Positions 1 to 8,921 of a stretch of DNA of 51,505 nucleotides are shown here, piece after piece. The number at the start of each line of letters is the position of its first letter. The stretch's first letter is position 1. This DNA comes from an uncultured Candidatus Saccharibacteria bacterium (GTDB lineage: Bacteria; Patescibacteriota; Minisyncoccia; UBA6257; WO2-44-18), in NCBI GenBank assembly GCA_964373675.1, contig CAYJVO010000003.1, positions 1-51,505 of the forward strand, given 5' to 3'. Under the pieces are notes generated by a model. The model was given only the letters and a program-made list of their open reading frames with translations, was not told where the DNA came from and did no database searches. The translations under genes were made by a program, and so were the position numbers.

Positions 1-649
1 CGATCTTCACCATTCGAATTACTTCCTCAATATATTTACTTTCTTTTTTATTAAAAGCAAAACCTATTAAATCACGACTATTGGTATATCCTTTAGCTAA
101 ATAATAACCGACCAATCGACAAAAATTCTTATCAACGATGATTTTGTGTTTAATAGCCGTTACTTTATTTCCTATAGGCACAATTAATTCCTGTTTTGTG
201 TCTACCTTTATGTCAAAATTTGAATTACTGACAATTTCTTGAAGATCAATCATCTTGTGATTTTTGAAAAGATTTTTAAATCGAGGAAAAATTAAAATAT
301 CGCCGCATTCTAATTGACTGGCCATCAGCCATTGCGGTTTATAATTTCTAAAATATTTACTTCTGCATCTATTTAAATACTGATGGGAAGGCTTACAAAT
401 TCCCCCACTCCCATGACAATTCTTGTGCGTTCTTATTGCATAAAACGGGTGTTCAGAAGTTGTCATTAATCCTAAAGAAAGGTTTCGCGGTTTAATATGA
501 TACGCTTTCCCATGATAAGGACGTTTAAAAATCTCTTTTACTCTACGCCATCGATTCTGATGAGTTATGACTAAATCGCCTTTTTTTATATCTTGAATTG
601 GTTTTAATAAATCATCTTGAGTATGAACGACCGCGTCAGGCAAAAGACA
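1..649 (-). mobile_element. Intein (N-terminal part) in endonuclease Q, with LAGLIDADG-like block
   Basis: After IPAH the frame reads CLLPDAVVHT (block A), TTSEHPF (block B TxxH) and RLVGYYLAKG (LAGLIDADG-like motif 1). C-terminal splice junction lies outside the window. Confidence 0.85.
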
Positions 650-1138
650 ATGCGCCGGAATCAAGGCCGCTTCCGGATTAGCGTTTAAAACGATTTTTAA
701 AAGTTCTTCGGAGTCCATGCCTAAAATAGGCCGTCCGTCAGATTGCAAATTCCCTGTCCAGGAAAGATGGGTGTTGATTTTTTTAACGGTTTCCAAATCC
801 GGCGCCAAGATAATATGATGCGCGCGCCTAACTCGTCCGCCTCGCTTGTAAATACAAGAAATTTCAACCGTCAGCAGAAACCGAGTCTCGGCAAAAGTAT
901 CCTTAATGGTCTTTCTTTTTAAATGGTTCTTTAATTTAAAAAGTCCCGACTCGGCCGGCTCTAATTTTTGCTGGATTTCTTTAAACCACGCTGGGTGAGT
1001 AAAATCTCCAGTACCCATCACCAAAATCCCCTTATCGTCTGCCCACCGATCTAATTCTTCCAAAACCATGTCTTTAGATACGGCCCGGGAATACTTTGAA
1101 TGAATATGCAGATCGGCAATAAATTTCATTTGTTCCAT
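1..1138 (-). CDS. Endonuclease Q family (PHP-domain) protein, intein-containing; 3' end runs off the window
   Basis: Manual translation (absent from ORF track, no stop in window): MEQMKFIADLHIHSKYSRAVS...GTGDFTHP...EIS...HHIILAP...SDGRPILG...IPAH. Second ATG at 1129 is the likelier start (TATAAT 7 nt upstream). Confidence 0.85.
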   Translation of the reverse strand, partial: MEQMKFIADLHIHSKYSRAVSKDMVLEELDRWADDKGILVMGTGDFTHPAWFKEIQQKLEPAESGLFKLKNHLKRKTIKDTFAETRFLLTVEISCIYKRGGRVRRAHHIILAPDLETVKKINTHLSWTGNLQSDGRPILGMDSEELLKIVLNANPEAALIPAHCLLPDAVVHTQDDLLKPIQDIKKGDLVITHQNRWRRVKEIFKRPYHGKAYHIKPRNLSLGLMTTSEHPFYAIRTHKNCHGSGGICKPSHQYLNRCRSKYFRNYKPQWLMASQLECGDILIFPRFKNLFKNHKMIDLQEIVSNSNFDIKVDTKQELIVPIGNKVTAIKHKIIVDKNFCRLVGYYLAKGYTNSRDLIGFAFNKKESKYIEEVIRMVKI

Positions 1139-1157
1139 TATACAACAAAAAAGAGCC

Positions 1158-1562
1158 TTACGGCTCCTCGTTTAAATAATAGCAGTCTCTAGTCCTACAC
1201 CTACCGTTTCTGACTTTTGCCGGATCTACTACTCGGATAAACGGCCACAAATGGCCGACTATCCACACATGTTGTTTATCAATCGCAAAAGAGCCGGGTT
1301 TCTGTTTTGAAAAAATGGTCTGGACTAATCTCTCGGCTTCTTTCTGCGAAAGCGCCCGAACATTCGGCCGAGAATTCACGTAAATGACCGAGGATCCTTG
1401 AGAATACATCGGTCGCAATTTAAAAAAATAATCCGGCCACCAAACATCAAAATCTCCGTCAACATATTCGTCTTCCACAATGACAAACGGATTAACTCCT
1501 GCCGGCAATCCCTGCTTTTCTGACTTTTTCTCAGACTGTTCTATCATTCTTTTGCCTCTCAA
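1158..1562 (-). CDS. Hypothetical protein
   Basis: 134-aa ORF filling the gap between tRNA and endoQ; no recognisable motif; start uncertain. Confidence 0.45.
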   Translation of the reverse strand: MRGKRMIEQSEKKSEKQGLPAGVNPFVIVEDEYVDGDFDVWWPDYFFKLRPMYSQGSSVIYVNSRPNVRALSQKEAERLVQTIFSKQKPGSFAIDKQHVWIVGHLWPFIRVVDPAKVRNGRCRTRDCYYLNEEP

Positions 1563-1616
1563 AAAAGCTCATGATATATTAAACAACCTAGTAAAAAGTG
1601 TCAAGCAGCTCGCTTG

Positions 1617-1696
1617 TGTCCCCGCGTGGAATTGAACCACGATCTCATCCTTCGGCCTCAGGCCCGTTGGGCCTTACGGCCCAGAGGGAGGGATGC
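1617..1696 (-). pseudogene. Truncated tRNA-Arg-like copy (anticodon stem to 3' end) with 33-nt insertion in the anticodon loop
   Basis: 1624-1655 is identical to 1714-1745 and 1689-1696 to 1746-1753; 33 extra nt at 1656-1688; different acceptor 3' strand (CGGGGAC-A); no 5' acceptor strand or D arm. Confidence 0.7.
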
Positions 1697-1706
1697 CTAC
1701 TAATTG

Positions 1707-1778
1707 TGCGCTTGCGTGGAATTGAACCACGATCTCATCCTTCGGAGGGATGCGTCCTGTCCGTTGAACTACAAGCGC
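1707..1778 (-). tRNA. tRNA-Arg(CCG), CCA not encoded
   Basis: Cloverleaf: acceptor GCGCTTG/CAAGCGC, D arm GTTC..GGAC, anticodon arm CATCC-CTCCGAA-GGATG, T arm CGTGG-TTCAATT-CCACG. Confidence 0.95.
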
Positions 1779-1853
1779 AAAAACTGATCTATAAATTTTT
1801 TCTTTTCAGAAAAATTATTTTTTAATTGACGTTCTCGCCATCTTGCTTCTTTT

Positions 1854-3248
1854 CTATTCAGGCATTTCTCGTACCCATATTATACTATGGGCGCTCGCCA
1901 GCAATATACCGATAATAAGCCACAGCATCAAGCGACCGGGTTGAAGAGTCCAAAGAAAATGATCAAAAAGACCAAAGACTAGCAACGATGACAACATGAC
2001 TATAACAATAACAGTTTGGACATTTTGGTTATTATAATTTTGAATTTGTTTAGAATTTAGAAATTTGACATTAGAAATTAACAAGCTAAGTAAAAATAAC
2101 AAAAACGCCGCGCCTCCTAAAATCCCGATCTCCGAACCAATTAGGATATAAATATTGTGTATCGGCTGCCATTGCCAGACCTCATTCATCCCAAACTGCT
2201 GATAGAAGCCGTTCTTAACCGATGATAAAACCTGATTACCGATTCCGATGCCTAGCGGGAATTTCTTTATGAGATCCCAACCCAGCTCGTTGTAATCCAG
2301 ACGTTGAACCAGCGCCGGCTCGCCCACCGAAACTTGAGCGCGGGAAAAAACGTAAGGGCTAAATGCGGCTAATAGCAAAGCGCCAATTGCTGACAGCGTT
2401 ATCAATAAACCGGCTGCCTGGCGACGACGCTCCTTTGCTGTCAAGGCGTAGCCAATAACCGCTAGCGTCGTCAATATAGCGATGGCCCAGGCGGTTCTGG
2501 AAAAAGTCAGTAAAAGACCGAGTGATATCAGGAAAATTCCGCTGGTCAGCGCTGTGGAATACGAATTTCGTACGAATATGTGAAAAATATTACCGCGGAT
2601 GGTTTCGTATATTTGTAATTTTTTCGTATTTCGTAGCCATAAATAGTACAACGCAAATAATCCGAGTAGTAAAAAGGCCGCTAGCACGTTCGGATGCGGT
2701 AAGGTGCCGTAAGCCCGCAAAATCGGCGCTCCTTCAACGATAATTTTCGCCGCTCCGCCGACCGTCGGCCCCAAAACCGATTCTCCTAGAATTCCCAGGC
2801 CCAAACTGGCTTGTCTGAAAAACTGCGCAATGCCAATTAATGATTGGAAAATCGCCGATGCGGCAATAACAGTAAAAATAGTTCTTACTCTCAAAACGCC
2901 GCCGCGGATCAACTGTCCAGTAGCGAGCGCAGTCAAAATCAGCAAGACCAACCGGACAAAATTATAAACCGCTAATCCCTTGGAATAAGCGAAGAGAATA
3001 GATGTAGCCGCGGATAGCAAAAAAACCGTTATAGCCATTCCGACGAAACTCATTCTTACGTTCTTAAGAACGTAAGAATGAGCGATGGAAAATAAAATCA
3101 AAAACGTTATAAGCAATACATCGCTTGCGTATAAAAATACCGCCTCGTATTCATGAAATCCAGTTGTGAATTGGCCAACCAAAACTCTTGTCCCAAAAGG
3201 GAGGGAAATCAGAAGGCCATACAAAGACCAGCGTGCCAGCCAAGACAT
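1854..3248 (-). CDS. O-antigen ligase (Wzy_C) family membrane protein
   Basis: Multi-TM protein with RAYGTLPHPN, TFSRTAW, GIGIGN and PIHNIYIL motifs; ATG at 3248 preferred over TTG at 3254. Confidence 0.85.
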   Translation of the reverse strand: MSWLARWSLYGLLISLPFGTRVLVGQFTTGFHEYEAVFLYASDVLLITFLILFSIAHSYVLKNVRMSFVGMAITVFLLSAATSILFAYSKGLAVYNFVRLVLLILTALATGQLIRGGVLRVRTIFTVIAASAIFQSLIGIAQFFRQASLGLGILGESVLGPTVGGAAKIIVEGAPILRAYGTLPHPNVLAAFLLLGLFALYYLWLRNTKKLQIYETIRGNIFHIFVRNSYSTALTSGIFLISLGLLLTFSRTAWAIAILTTLAVIGYALTAKERRRQAAGLLITLSAIGALLLAAFSPYVFSRAQVSVGEPALVQRLDYNELGWDLIKKFPLGIGIGNQVLSSVKNGFYQQFGMNEVWQWQPIHNIYILIGSEIGILGGAAFLLFLLSLLISNVKFLNSKQIQNYNNQNVQTVIVIVMLSSLLVFGLFDHFLWTLQPGRLMLWLIIGILLASAHSIIWVREMPE

Positions 3249-3262
3249 ACTCAAATTCTAAC

Positions 3263-3285
3263 AAAAAACCCCGTTTGACGGGGTT
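3263..3285 (-). terminator. Intrinsic terminator
   Basis: AACCCCGT-caa-ACGGGGTT hairpin followed by a T run on the minus strand, at the stop of the upstream ORF. Confidence 0.65.
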
Positions 3286-3895
3286 AACGAATGACCTCTC
3301 TGGTAGGAACTACGAGATTGAACAAAGGTTGACTAGGATCAACAGTAAATCTGTTTTGTCCTGGATACCAGGTTACAACGGCATAATTCCACCAGGCATC
3401 CCTGGCATTAATGCAATGTGTGTACCCTCTGATGTCTAAGTGCTGGCCGGTTTCCAAAAAATACTTTAATTCAAACACTAACCGTTCCTCTAAAGTAATT
3501 ACCAATAATTTATTGGGGTTGTCTAAAGCTAGGGACAAGTCGGATTCAATATTGTCTTTGACCCAAACGGCGTAATTTTTGGAAAACTTGGGTTCAGGAA
3601 CAATAGCGTTCAAATCGGAGAATCTAGTAGTGACGATTTCCGACTTAGTGCTAATAACCTTCTCTATCCTGTTGAAAATTTGTTCCGACTTTAGTTCCGG
3701 AACGATAATCAGCAATCTATTATATCCTAACCGAGACTTCGGAATTCTTATAAAAGAAAAGCTGCGCTGAATCTCAAATTGCTCCTTATAAAATTTCTGC
3801 CATTCCCGAACTTCTTTTTCATAAGGATAATAACTGGAAACATCTCCGTGGGCTAAAAGGGGAAAGAGTAAAATAAGAGCGGTTAATATCCGCAT
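3284..3895 (-). CDS. Hypothetical exported protein
   Basis: 203-aa ORF with signal-peptide-like N terminus (MRILTALILLFPLLAHG). Confidence 0.65.
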   Translation of the reverse strand: MRILTALILLFPLLAHGDVSSYYPYEKEVREWQKFYKEQFEIQRSFSFIRIPKSRLGYNRLLIIVPELKSEQIFNRIEKVISTKSEIVTTRFSDLNAIVPEPKFSKNYAVWVKDNIESDLSLALDNPNKLLVITLEERLVFELKYFLETGQHLDIRGYTHCINARDAWWNYAVVTWYPGQNRFTVDPSQPLFNLVVPTREVIR

Positions 3896-3937
3896 TATCG
3901 CTCCCTTTCAAGTTTCTGCTTAAATTATAAGGGATTT

Positions 3938-4444
3938 TTAAAAAAAATCAACTGCGATCTCCACTACGTCGCTGGGCGCCCCAGAAAACCTTGTGGTTAT
4001 TATTACTCTATCAAAAACCTCTTTTATTTTTTTGGCCAATTTTTTGGCCAATTGATTTTCCGTGGTGGTCGCCTCCCAAACATCTCCTTTCTTTTTTATT
4101 TCTATTAATCGGTCCAGCGGATCGCGCTCAAAAGCTCGGTGGCAAAAATTGCGGATTAAACCGTCCAACTCGTCAGCGAATTTATCCGGCACGTTTTTTA
4201 TCACCACCCTGCCTTCGTATTGGCGATTTACAATCATCTGGCAAGCGGGGCAAATGGTAAAATGAATCGGCAAATCTTTATTGAAATTTTTTAACCCCTC
4301 CAGATCGTGATGCCACGATTTTTTAAAATAAGCGCTGGTGCATTTTTTGCATAAAACCAAACCCTTCTTGGCGCCAAATTCCTCAACTTCGTGCTGAGAC
4401 TTTGGCAACTTAATGTCGTAAGGTTTTTTAAAAATTTTAGCCAT
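3938..4444 (-). CDS. Conserved hypothetical protein with CxxC pairs (BCAM0308/NMD3-like)
   Basis: CKKC...W...CPAC...YEG...DPLDRLI...TTENQLA pattern; family assignment from memory, not searched. Confidence 0.55.
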   Translation of the reverse strand: MAKIFKKPYDIKLPKSQHEVEEFGAKKGLVLCKKCTSAYFKKSWHHDLEGLKNFNKDLPIHFTICPACQMIVNRQYEGRVVIKNVPDKFADELDGLIRNFCHRAFERDPLDRLIEIKKKGDVWEATTTENQLAKKLAKKIKEVFDRVIITTRFSGAPSDVVEIAVDFF

Positions 4445-5564
4445 AATTCACTACTCTTATTATTTCATACACTACCGCCGCCGCAAAGACCGAAAGCAAA
4501 AATATTGCTGTCGGAAGAGAAAATTTCAAACGCAAACCTTCTTGAATAACTACTTTTTTGGCTTTCAGCCACATCCAAACGATAAAAATTCCTTCTAAGC
4601 CCAAAAATATTCCTCCGGTAAAACTCACTAATTCTATAAAACTTTGGGAAATGAAAAAGTAAATAACTAAAGGTAGGCCAATTATTAAAACCGCCGCTAT
4701 CCAAAATGGAATTTTTAAATCCAATCGCATACTGTTTTTCACATCCAAACCAACCACGATGTAAGAACTGATAAGAGATAATATTCCCAGTAAACCAACC
4801 AATGCCAGCGCCCAATCCGGTATTTTTCCAAACAAACCGGAAACTGCGTCCTCGGAAACAAAATAAGTCAAGGACAAAATGCTTAATGAAAATGCCAAAT
4901 AGGCAATGGCGGAAACTGCTACCCCCAAAATGATGGATGCCTTAATAGCCCTCGGATTTTCGTAAAACCGAATTAAAGCTGGCATGGCCACCCTCCCTGA
5001 AAGAGCAAACAGCACCGGCGCCAGCGGCATCAAAATTTCCGGCCATAATGGCCGGAAATTTTGAGCTACTGCCCCGCTGAGACCGCTCATTCCAAAAACA
5101 AAAATCATAAATATGATTGCCAAAATACCCCCGCTGATCAAAAATTCTGCCAGCGCGATTCGTTTTAAACTGGCAAAAACCGCCAATGATCCTAATGCCC
5201 AAAAAATGAGCATCTTTACAACCGGATTGCCTGCCGCAAAGATCAAATTTCCGAAGCTCTGCGCCAAAATAAGGTAAATCGTCAAAACTAAAATCATCTC
5301 CGCAATCGTCATTAAAACGCTTAACCAAAATGCCCATCTTCCCAGATAAATTCTGGCATATCCGGCAAACCGATGATCTCCGATGGTCCGCAAAACTAAA
5401 TCCGCATACATCCAATAAGCAAAGATGTAAACGACGGAAGCCAAAATCAGATAAAAAATTCCGGTAGCGATGCCGGAATTTTTAAAAACAAAAGGCAAGG
5501 AAAACATTCCCGCCCCAATGATAGTCCCGATCAATAAGCCGGTTTGCAAAAAAAGCTTTGCCAT
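4437..5564 (-). CDS. Amino acid permease (aromatic amino acid/HAAAP-like)
   Basis: GTIIGAGMFSLP N-terminal APC-fold motif; about 11 TM segments. Confidence 0.85.
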   Translation of the reverse strand: MAKLFLQTGLLIGTIIGAGMFSLPFVFKNSGIATGIFYLILASVVYIFAYWMYADLVLRTIGDHRFAGYARIYLGRWAFWLSVLMTIAEMILVLTIYLILAQSFGNLIFAAGNPVVKMLIFWALGSLAVFASLKRIALAEFLISGGILAIIFMIFVFGMSGLSGAVAQNFRPLWPEILMPLAPVLFALSGRVAMPALIRFYENPRAIKASIILGVAVSAIAYLAFSLSILSLTYFVSEDAVSGLFGKIPDWALALVGLLGILSLISSYIVVGLDVKNSMRLDLKIPFWIAAVLIIGLPLVIYFFISQSFIELVSFTGGIFLGLEGIFIVWMWLKAKKVVIQEGLRLKFSLPTAIFLLSVFAAAVVYEIIRVVNYG

Positions 5565-6037
5565 TAATCGGTATCTTCCTCGCCGATGCCTTCCTCGCGA
5601 TAAACTGCCAACTTCACTAGCTTGTCTTCAATAAACCAAAGCAAAAACAAAATGGCGACTGTTAAAACGGTGGTAAAAACTGCCAAAGAGTAGTATTTAA
5701 AAGCCACCGCCATGCCAATCGCTCCAGAAACCCACATGCCGGCGGCCGTAGTCAAACCGCGAACATTGGATTTCTGAAAAATAATTACGCCGGCGCCGAT
5801 AAAACCGATGCCCACTACTACCTGCGAAGCAATCCGCGAAGGATCCAGACTACCAACGCCGGAAAATTCCTTAAAAGCCAGGACGGAAATTACAGAAAAG
5901 AGGCAGGCGCCGAGAGAAACTAAAGCAAAAGTGCGGATGCCAGCGCCTTTACGCGCTAATTTTCGCTCAAGGCCAATCAGCGCACCCAAAAGCGCCGCTA
6001 ACAAAAGTTGCCCAAATATTTCTAAATTCTCAATCAT
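5564..6037 (-). CDS. MgtC/SapB family protein
   Basis: GALIGLER, GIRTFALV, DPSRIASQVVVGIGFIGAG, GLTTAAGMW motifs; ATG 6037 preferred over the ORF-track start 6085. Confidence 0.92.
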   Translation of the reverse strand: MIENLEIFGQLLLAALLGALIGLERKLARKGAGIRTFALVSLGACLFSVISVLAFKEFSGVGSLDPSRIASQVVVGIGFIGAGVIIFQKSNVRGLTTAAGMWVSGAIGMAVAFKYYSLAVFTTVLTVAILFLLWFIEDKLVKLAVYREEGIGEEDTD

Positions 6038-6146
6038 GTTGCTAACGCATATAATGCCAATAATGCGAATATAGACGAATGCCACGAATAAAATGAATAT
6101 ATTTGCGGTATTCGCATGTAATGCGCATAGTTTGCATTATTTTAAT

Positions 6147-6416
6147 TTACTCCACTAAATACACTTCGTCGCCCTCTCTCACTTTTTCATCAACCTTAAT
6201 GCCAACCTCCTGTCCTTTCTTTGCCGTATCTATATCCTTATGCTCATACTGCATAGAATCCATCTTTTGGCGAAGATTGGTGGTGGCCCCCCGAATTTCA
6301 ACTTCTGTTCCCTTTTCTACGGCCTTATTAAACTTCACTATCGCCACTCCGATGCCGCCGTAATAATGAGTTACCACCCCAATCGGTTTTTCTTTTTTAA
6401 CTTTTTTTACCGCCAT
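6147..6416 (-). CDS. Small beta-barrel protein (EF-Tu domain II-like / U32 peptidase C-terminal-like)
   Basis: IGVVTHYYGGIGVAIV...SMQYEH...AKKGQEVGIKVDEKVREGDEVY. Confidence 0.7.
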   Translation of the reverse strand: MAVKKVKKEKPIGVVTHYYGGIGVAIVKFNKAVEKGTEVEIRGATTNLRQKMDSMQYEHKDIDTAKKGQEVGIKVDEKVREGDEVYLVE

Positions 6417-6437
6417 AGTATTTAAATGTTTATGTTT

Positions 6438-7049
6438 CTATGTATTTTTGGCGACCTTTTTATTGCCGTTTTTTGATTTCTCTTTGGCAATCATTTCCTT
6501 AAGTTTAGCAATGAGTTTTTTGGGATCGTTTTCGTAAATTATATTCCCCGGGCCGCGATTGGCTTTTTTAACTATATCGCGGATTTCATCGGCAATGCCA
6601 CCCGTTTTTTCTAAAACACCGATTGGTTTCTGATCTTCAAAAGCAATAGTGAATTCGTTAAGCGTTCCCATGCGGCCGCAGACAATTACCACCGCGTCGG
6701 AAGAACGAGTTAGTAAAAGATTACGCCCGGAGTATTCAAAACCAGTGTAAACGATCATATCGTGGTAGTCAGTTGGCAGTTTATAACTCTTAACATGGGC
6801 TTGTTCGGAAGCCGCTGGCGATAGCCCAATAACCATTCCCCCTTCTTCTTTTGCCCCCTTAGCCGCCCAAAACGGCGCGCCAGTCGTAGCTCCAGTAACT
6901 AAAACCATTCCCTGCCGAACAACTTCCCGTCCGAGTTCCTCCGCTTTTTTAGTCGCGTCCCTAGCGCAAACGCCCGTGTCCGCTGCCCCGGAAACGCAGA
7001 TTTTGTATTTTAAATAATTATCTTCAACTGAACGCTTCTTATTGACCAT
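6438..7049 (-). CDS. LOG/TIGR00725-like nucleotide-binding Rossmann-fold protein
   Basis: VTGATTG, IGLSP, GRNLLL, GRMGTLNEF motifs. Confidence 0.85.
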   Translation of the reverse strand: MVNKKRSVEDNYLKYKICVSGAADTGVCARDATKKAEELGREVVRQGMVLVTGATTGAPFWAAKGAKEEGGMVIGLSPAASEQAHVKSYKLPTDYHDMIVYTGFEYSGRNLLLTRSSDAVVIVCGRMGTLNEFTIAFEDQKPIGVLEKTGGIADEIRDIVKKANRGPGNIIYENDPKKLIAKLKEMIAKEKSKNGNKKVAKNT

Positions 7050-7113
7050 TTTTATATTATAAAATAAATAAGTTCTAAATTCTATTTAGGGTTTAGGGGT
7101 TGGAGTTTAGGGT

Positions 7114-8475
7114 TTAAAATTCATAGCTTTCTCCTTCTTCTGGCATCACCGTTTCCACCGCCAATTCATCCCTCAATTTCTGAGCTAACACTGTCATTGG
7201 TTTTTCTTCTCCCTGAACCAAAAAAGTTTTTTTCAATGAACCTCTCATCGGCCGAACCCAATCCAATAACTGCGGCTGGTCAGCGTGGGCCGAATAACCG
7301 CCAATGGCTTTCACCCGGCACTTCACTGGCACATCTTCGCCAAAAATTCTTACGCTTTCTGCTCCGTCCAAAATTTGACGCCCTAAAGAGCCCTTGGCTT
7401 GATAACCGATTATCAAAAGCGTGCTTTTGGAATCGGGCAAATAGCGGCGTTCATGGTGCAGAATCCGGCCGCCATGCGACATCCCAGAGCCAGCAATAAC
7501 CACTTTCGGCGGCGGGACCTCGTTGATCGCCTTAGACTGTTCGGTAGTCAAAGTCATTTTTAAGCCGGGGAAATTAAAAATGGAATCGCCGCGGCGAATC
7601 AACTCTTGGGTTTCTTTGTCAAAATACTGCGGGTATTTTTTATAAACCTCCGTCAGTTTTATCGCCAATGGACTGTCAACAAAAATCGGCACGCGGGGAA
7701 TCCGGCCGTTTTCCGAAAGATCGTTCAATTCAAACAGCAACTCTTGAGTGCGTTCCATCGCAAAAGCCGGAATCATCAGCGTTCCGCCGGCTTTTACCGT
7801 CTCCTCAATCAAATCTTCAACGATTTCTTTTCTTTTTTCGGTATCTTCGTGAACTCGGTCGCCATAGGTGGATTCCACTAGGCAATAATCAACATCGGCC
7901 GGCGGAACTTCCCGCGCGCCGATAATCGGTGCCGGAGAATTGCCTAAATCACCAGAAAACAAAACTTTTTTGCCTTCGGCTTCTATTTGGATAAAAGCCG
8001 ACCCTAAAATATGCCCGGCGTTATAAAAGGTTATTGTAAAATGTCCAATGTTAAATGGATTATGATATTCAACTGCTTCCCAATTAGCCATTAATTCTTC
8101 CACCTCTCTAATGCCGTAAAGCGAAGGTTTTTTCATTTTTTCCGCTTCCTGCATCAAAATGTGCTCTGAATCCATTAATAATTCCTTGGAAGCGTCCCGT
8201 GTCGGGGCAGTTGAATACACCTTGCCGCGAAATCCTTCTTTTACTAACTTCGGCAACCGACCGGTATGGTCAATGTGGGCGTGAGTAATAAAAACCGCCG
8301 CGATTTCTTTGGGATCATACGGAAATGGTTCCCAGTTATGTTTCTCACAAAAATTACTCCCCTGATGGAGTCCACAATCTATTAGAACCCTTGACACTTG
8401 ACCCTTGACACTTGACTCCAATAAATAGTTCGCCCCAGTCACCATTTTTGCCCCGCCATGAAATATCAGTTTCAC
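7114..8475 (-). CDS. MBL-fold beta-CASP ribonuclease (YSH1/CPSF73-like)
   Basis: THAHIDHTG, NAGHILGS, SGDLG, ESTYG, AGSGM, YSAHAD motifs. Confidence 0.93.
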   Translation of the reverse strand: MKLIFHGGAKMVTGANYLLESSVKGQVSRVLIDCGLHQGSNFCEKHNWEPFPYDPKEIAAVFITHAHIDHTGRLPKLVKEGFRGKVYSTAPTRDASKELLMDSEHILMQEAEKMKKPSLYGIREVEELMANWEAVEYHNPFNIGHFTITFYNAGHILGSAFIQIEAEGKKVLFSGDLGNSPAPIIGAREVPPADVDYCLVESTYGDRVHEDTEKRKEIVEDLIEETVKAGGTLMIPAFAMERTQELLFELNDLSENGRIPRVPIFVDSPLAIKLTEVYKKYPQYFDKETQELIRRGDSIFNFPGLKMTLTTEQSKAINEVPPPKVVIAGSGMSHGGRILHHERRYLPDSKSTLLIIGYQAKGSLGRQILDGAESVRIFGEDVPVKCRVKAIGGYSAHADQPQLLDWVRPMRGSLKKTFLVQGEEKPMTVLAQKLRDELAVETVMPEEGESYEF

Positions 8476-8508
8476 GGTAGTAATTATAACAAATAAACGA
8501 ATTCCCCC

Positions 8509-8538
8509 TCCAATACTCTCATTAATGAGAGTATTGGA
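8509..8538. repeat. Perfect 30-bp palindrome TCCAATACTCTCATTAATGAGAGTATTGGA
   Basis: Read directly; intergenic, about 20 nt upstream of the TATAAT of the beta-CASP gene. Confidence 0.9.
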
Positions 8539-8567
8539 AAGAAAAAAGGGGACGTTAAAAAAACCGC

Positions 8568-8891
8568 CTAAGCAGGCGGATCTTCAAAAGAAAATTTATC
8601 TAACGCTAATCTCAATAATTCTCTGTCCTTGTCTGTTAATTTCAAATAGTTTAATAACTCTTTATTCGCGCCCAATAAAATAATGCACCCGGGGCAAGTG
8701 AGAATTTGCAAAACTTCTTTCTTCCCAATTTCCTGTCCTACCTGGAAACTATGACCATCTGCGCATTGATGCGTTGGCGTTGGTTTTGACCGCGACAAAC
8801 GCATGTTAATCTCGATCGGTTTTGGCGGCTTTGACAAAATCACCACTGCCACCGCTGCGGCCACCACCAAGATTGCAAGCAAAACAAACAT
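8568..8891 (-). CDS. Hypothetical membrane-anchored protein
   Basis: N-terminal TM helix; C..H and CPGC; resembles ORF 11948-12283 (C-terminal L.DK.LL..LL). Confidence 0.55.
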   Translation of the reverse strand: MFVLLAILVVAAAVAVVILSKPPKPIEINMRLSRSKPTPTHQCADGHSFQVGQEIGKKEVLQILTCPGCIILLGANKELLNYLKLTDKDRELLRLALDKFSFEDPPA

Positions 8892-8921
8892 ACTTAATAG
8901 TCTCCGAAGAACTAGATAGGA

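Noticed and set aside
1598-1825. 75-aa ORF with a repeated GIEPRSHPS peptide
   Set aside because: It is the antisense reading of the tRNA and its partial copy.
7085-7116. TTTAGGG plant-telomere-like repeats (also CCCTAAA at 26793-26815)
   Set aside because: Short, degenerate and one of many heptamer families here; the resemblance is coincidental.
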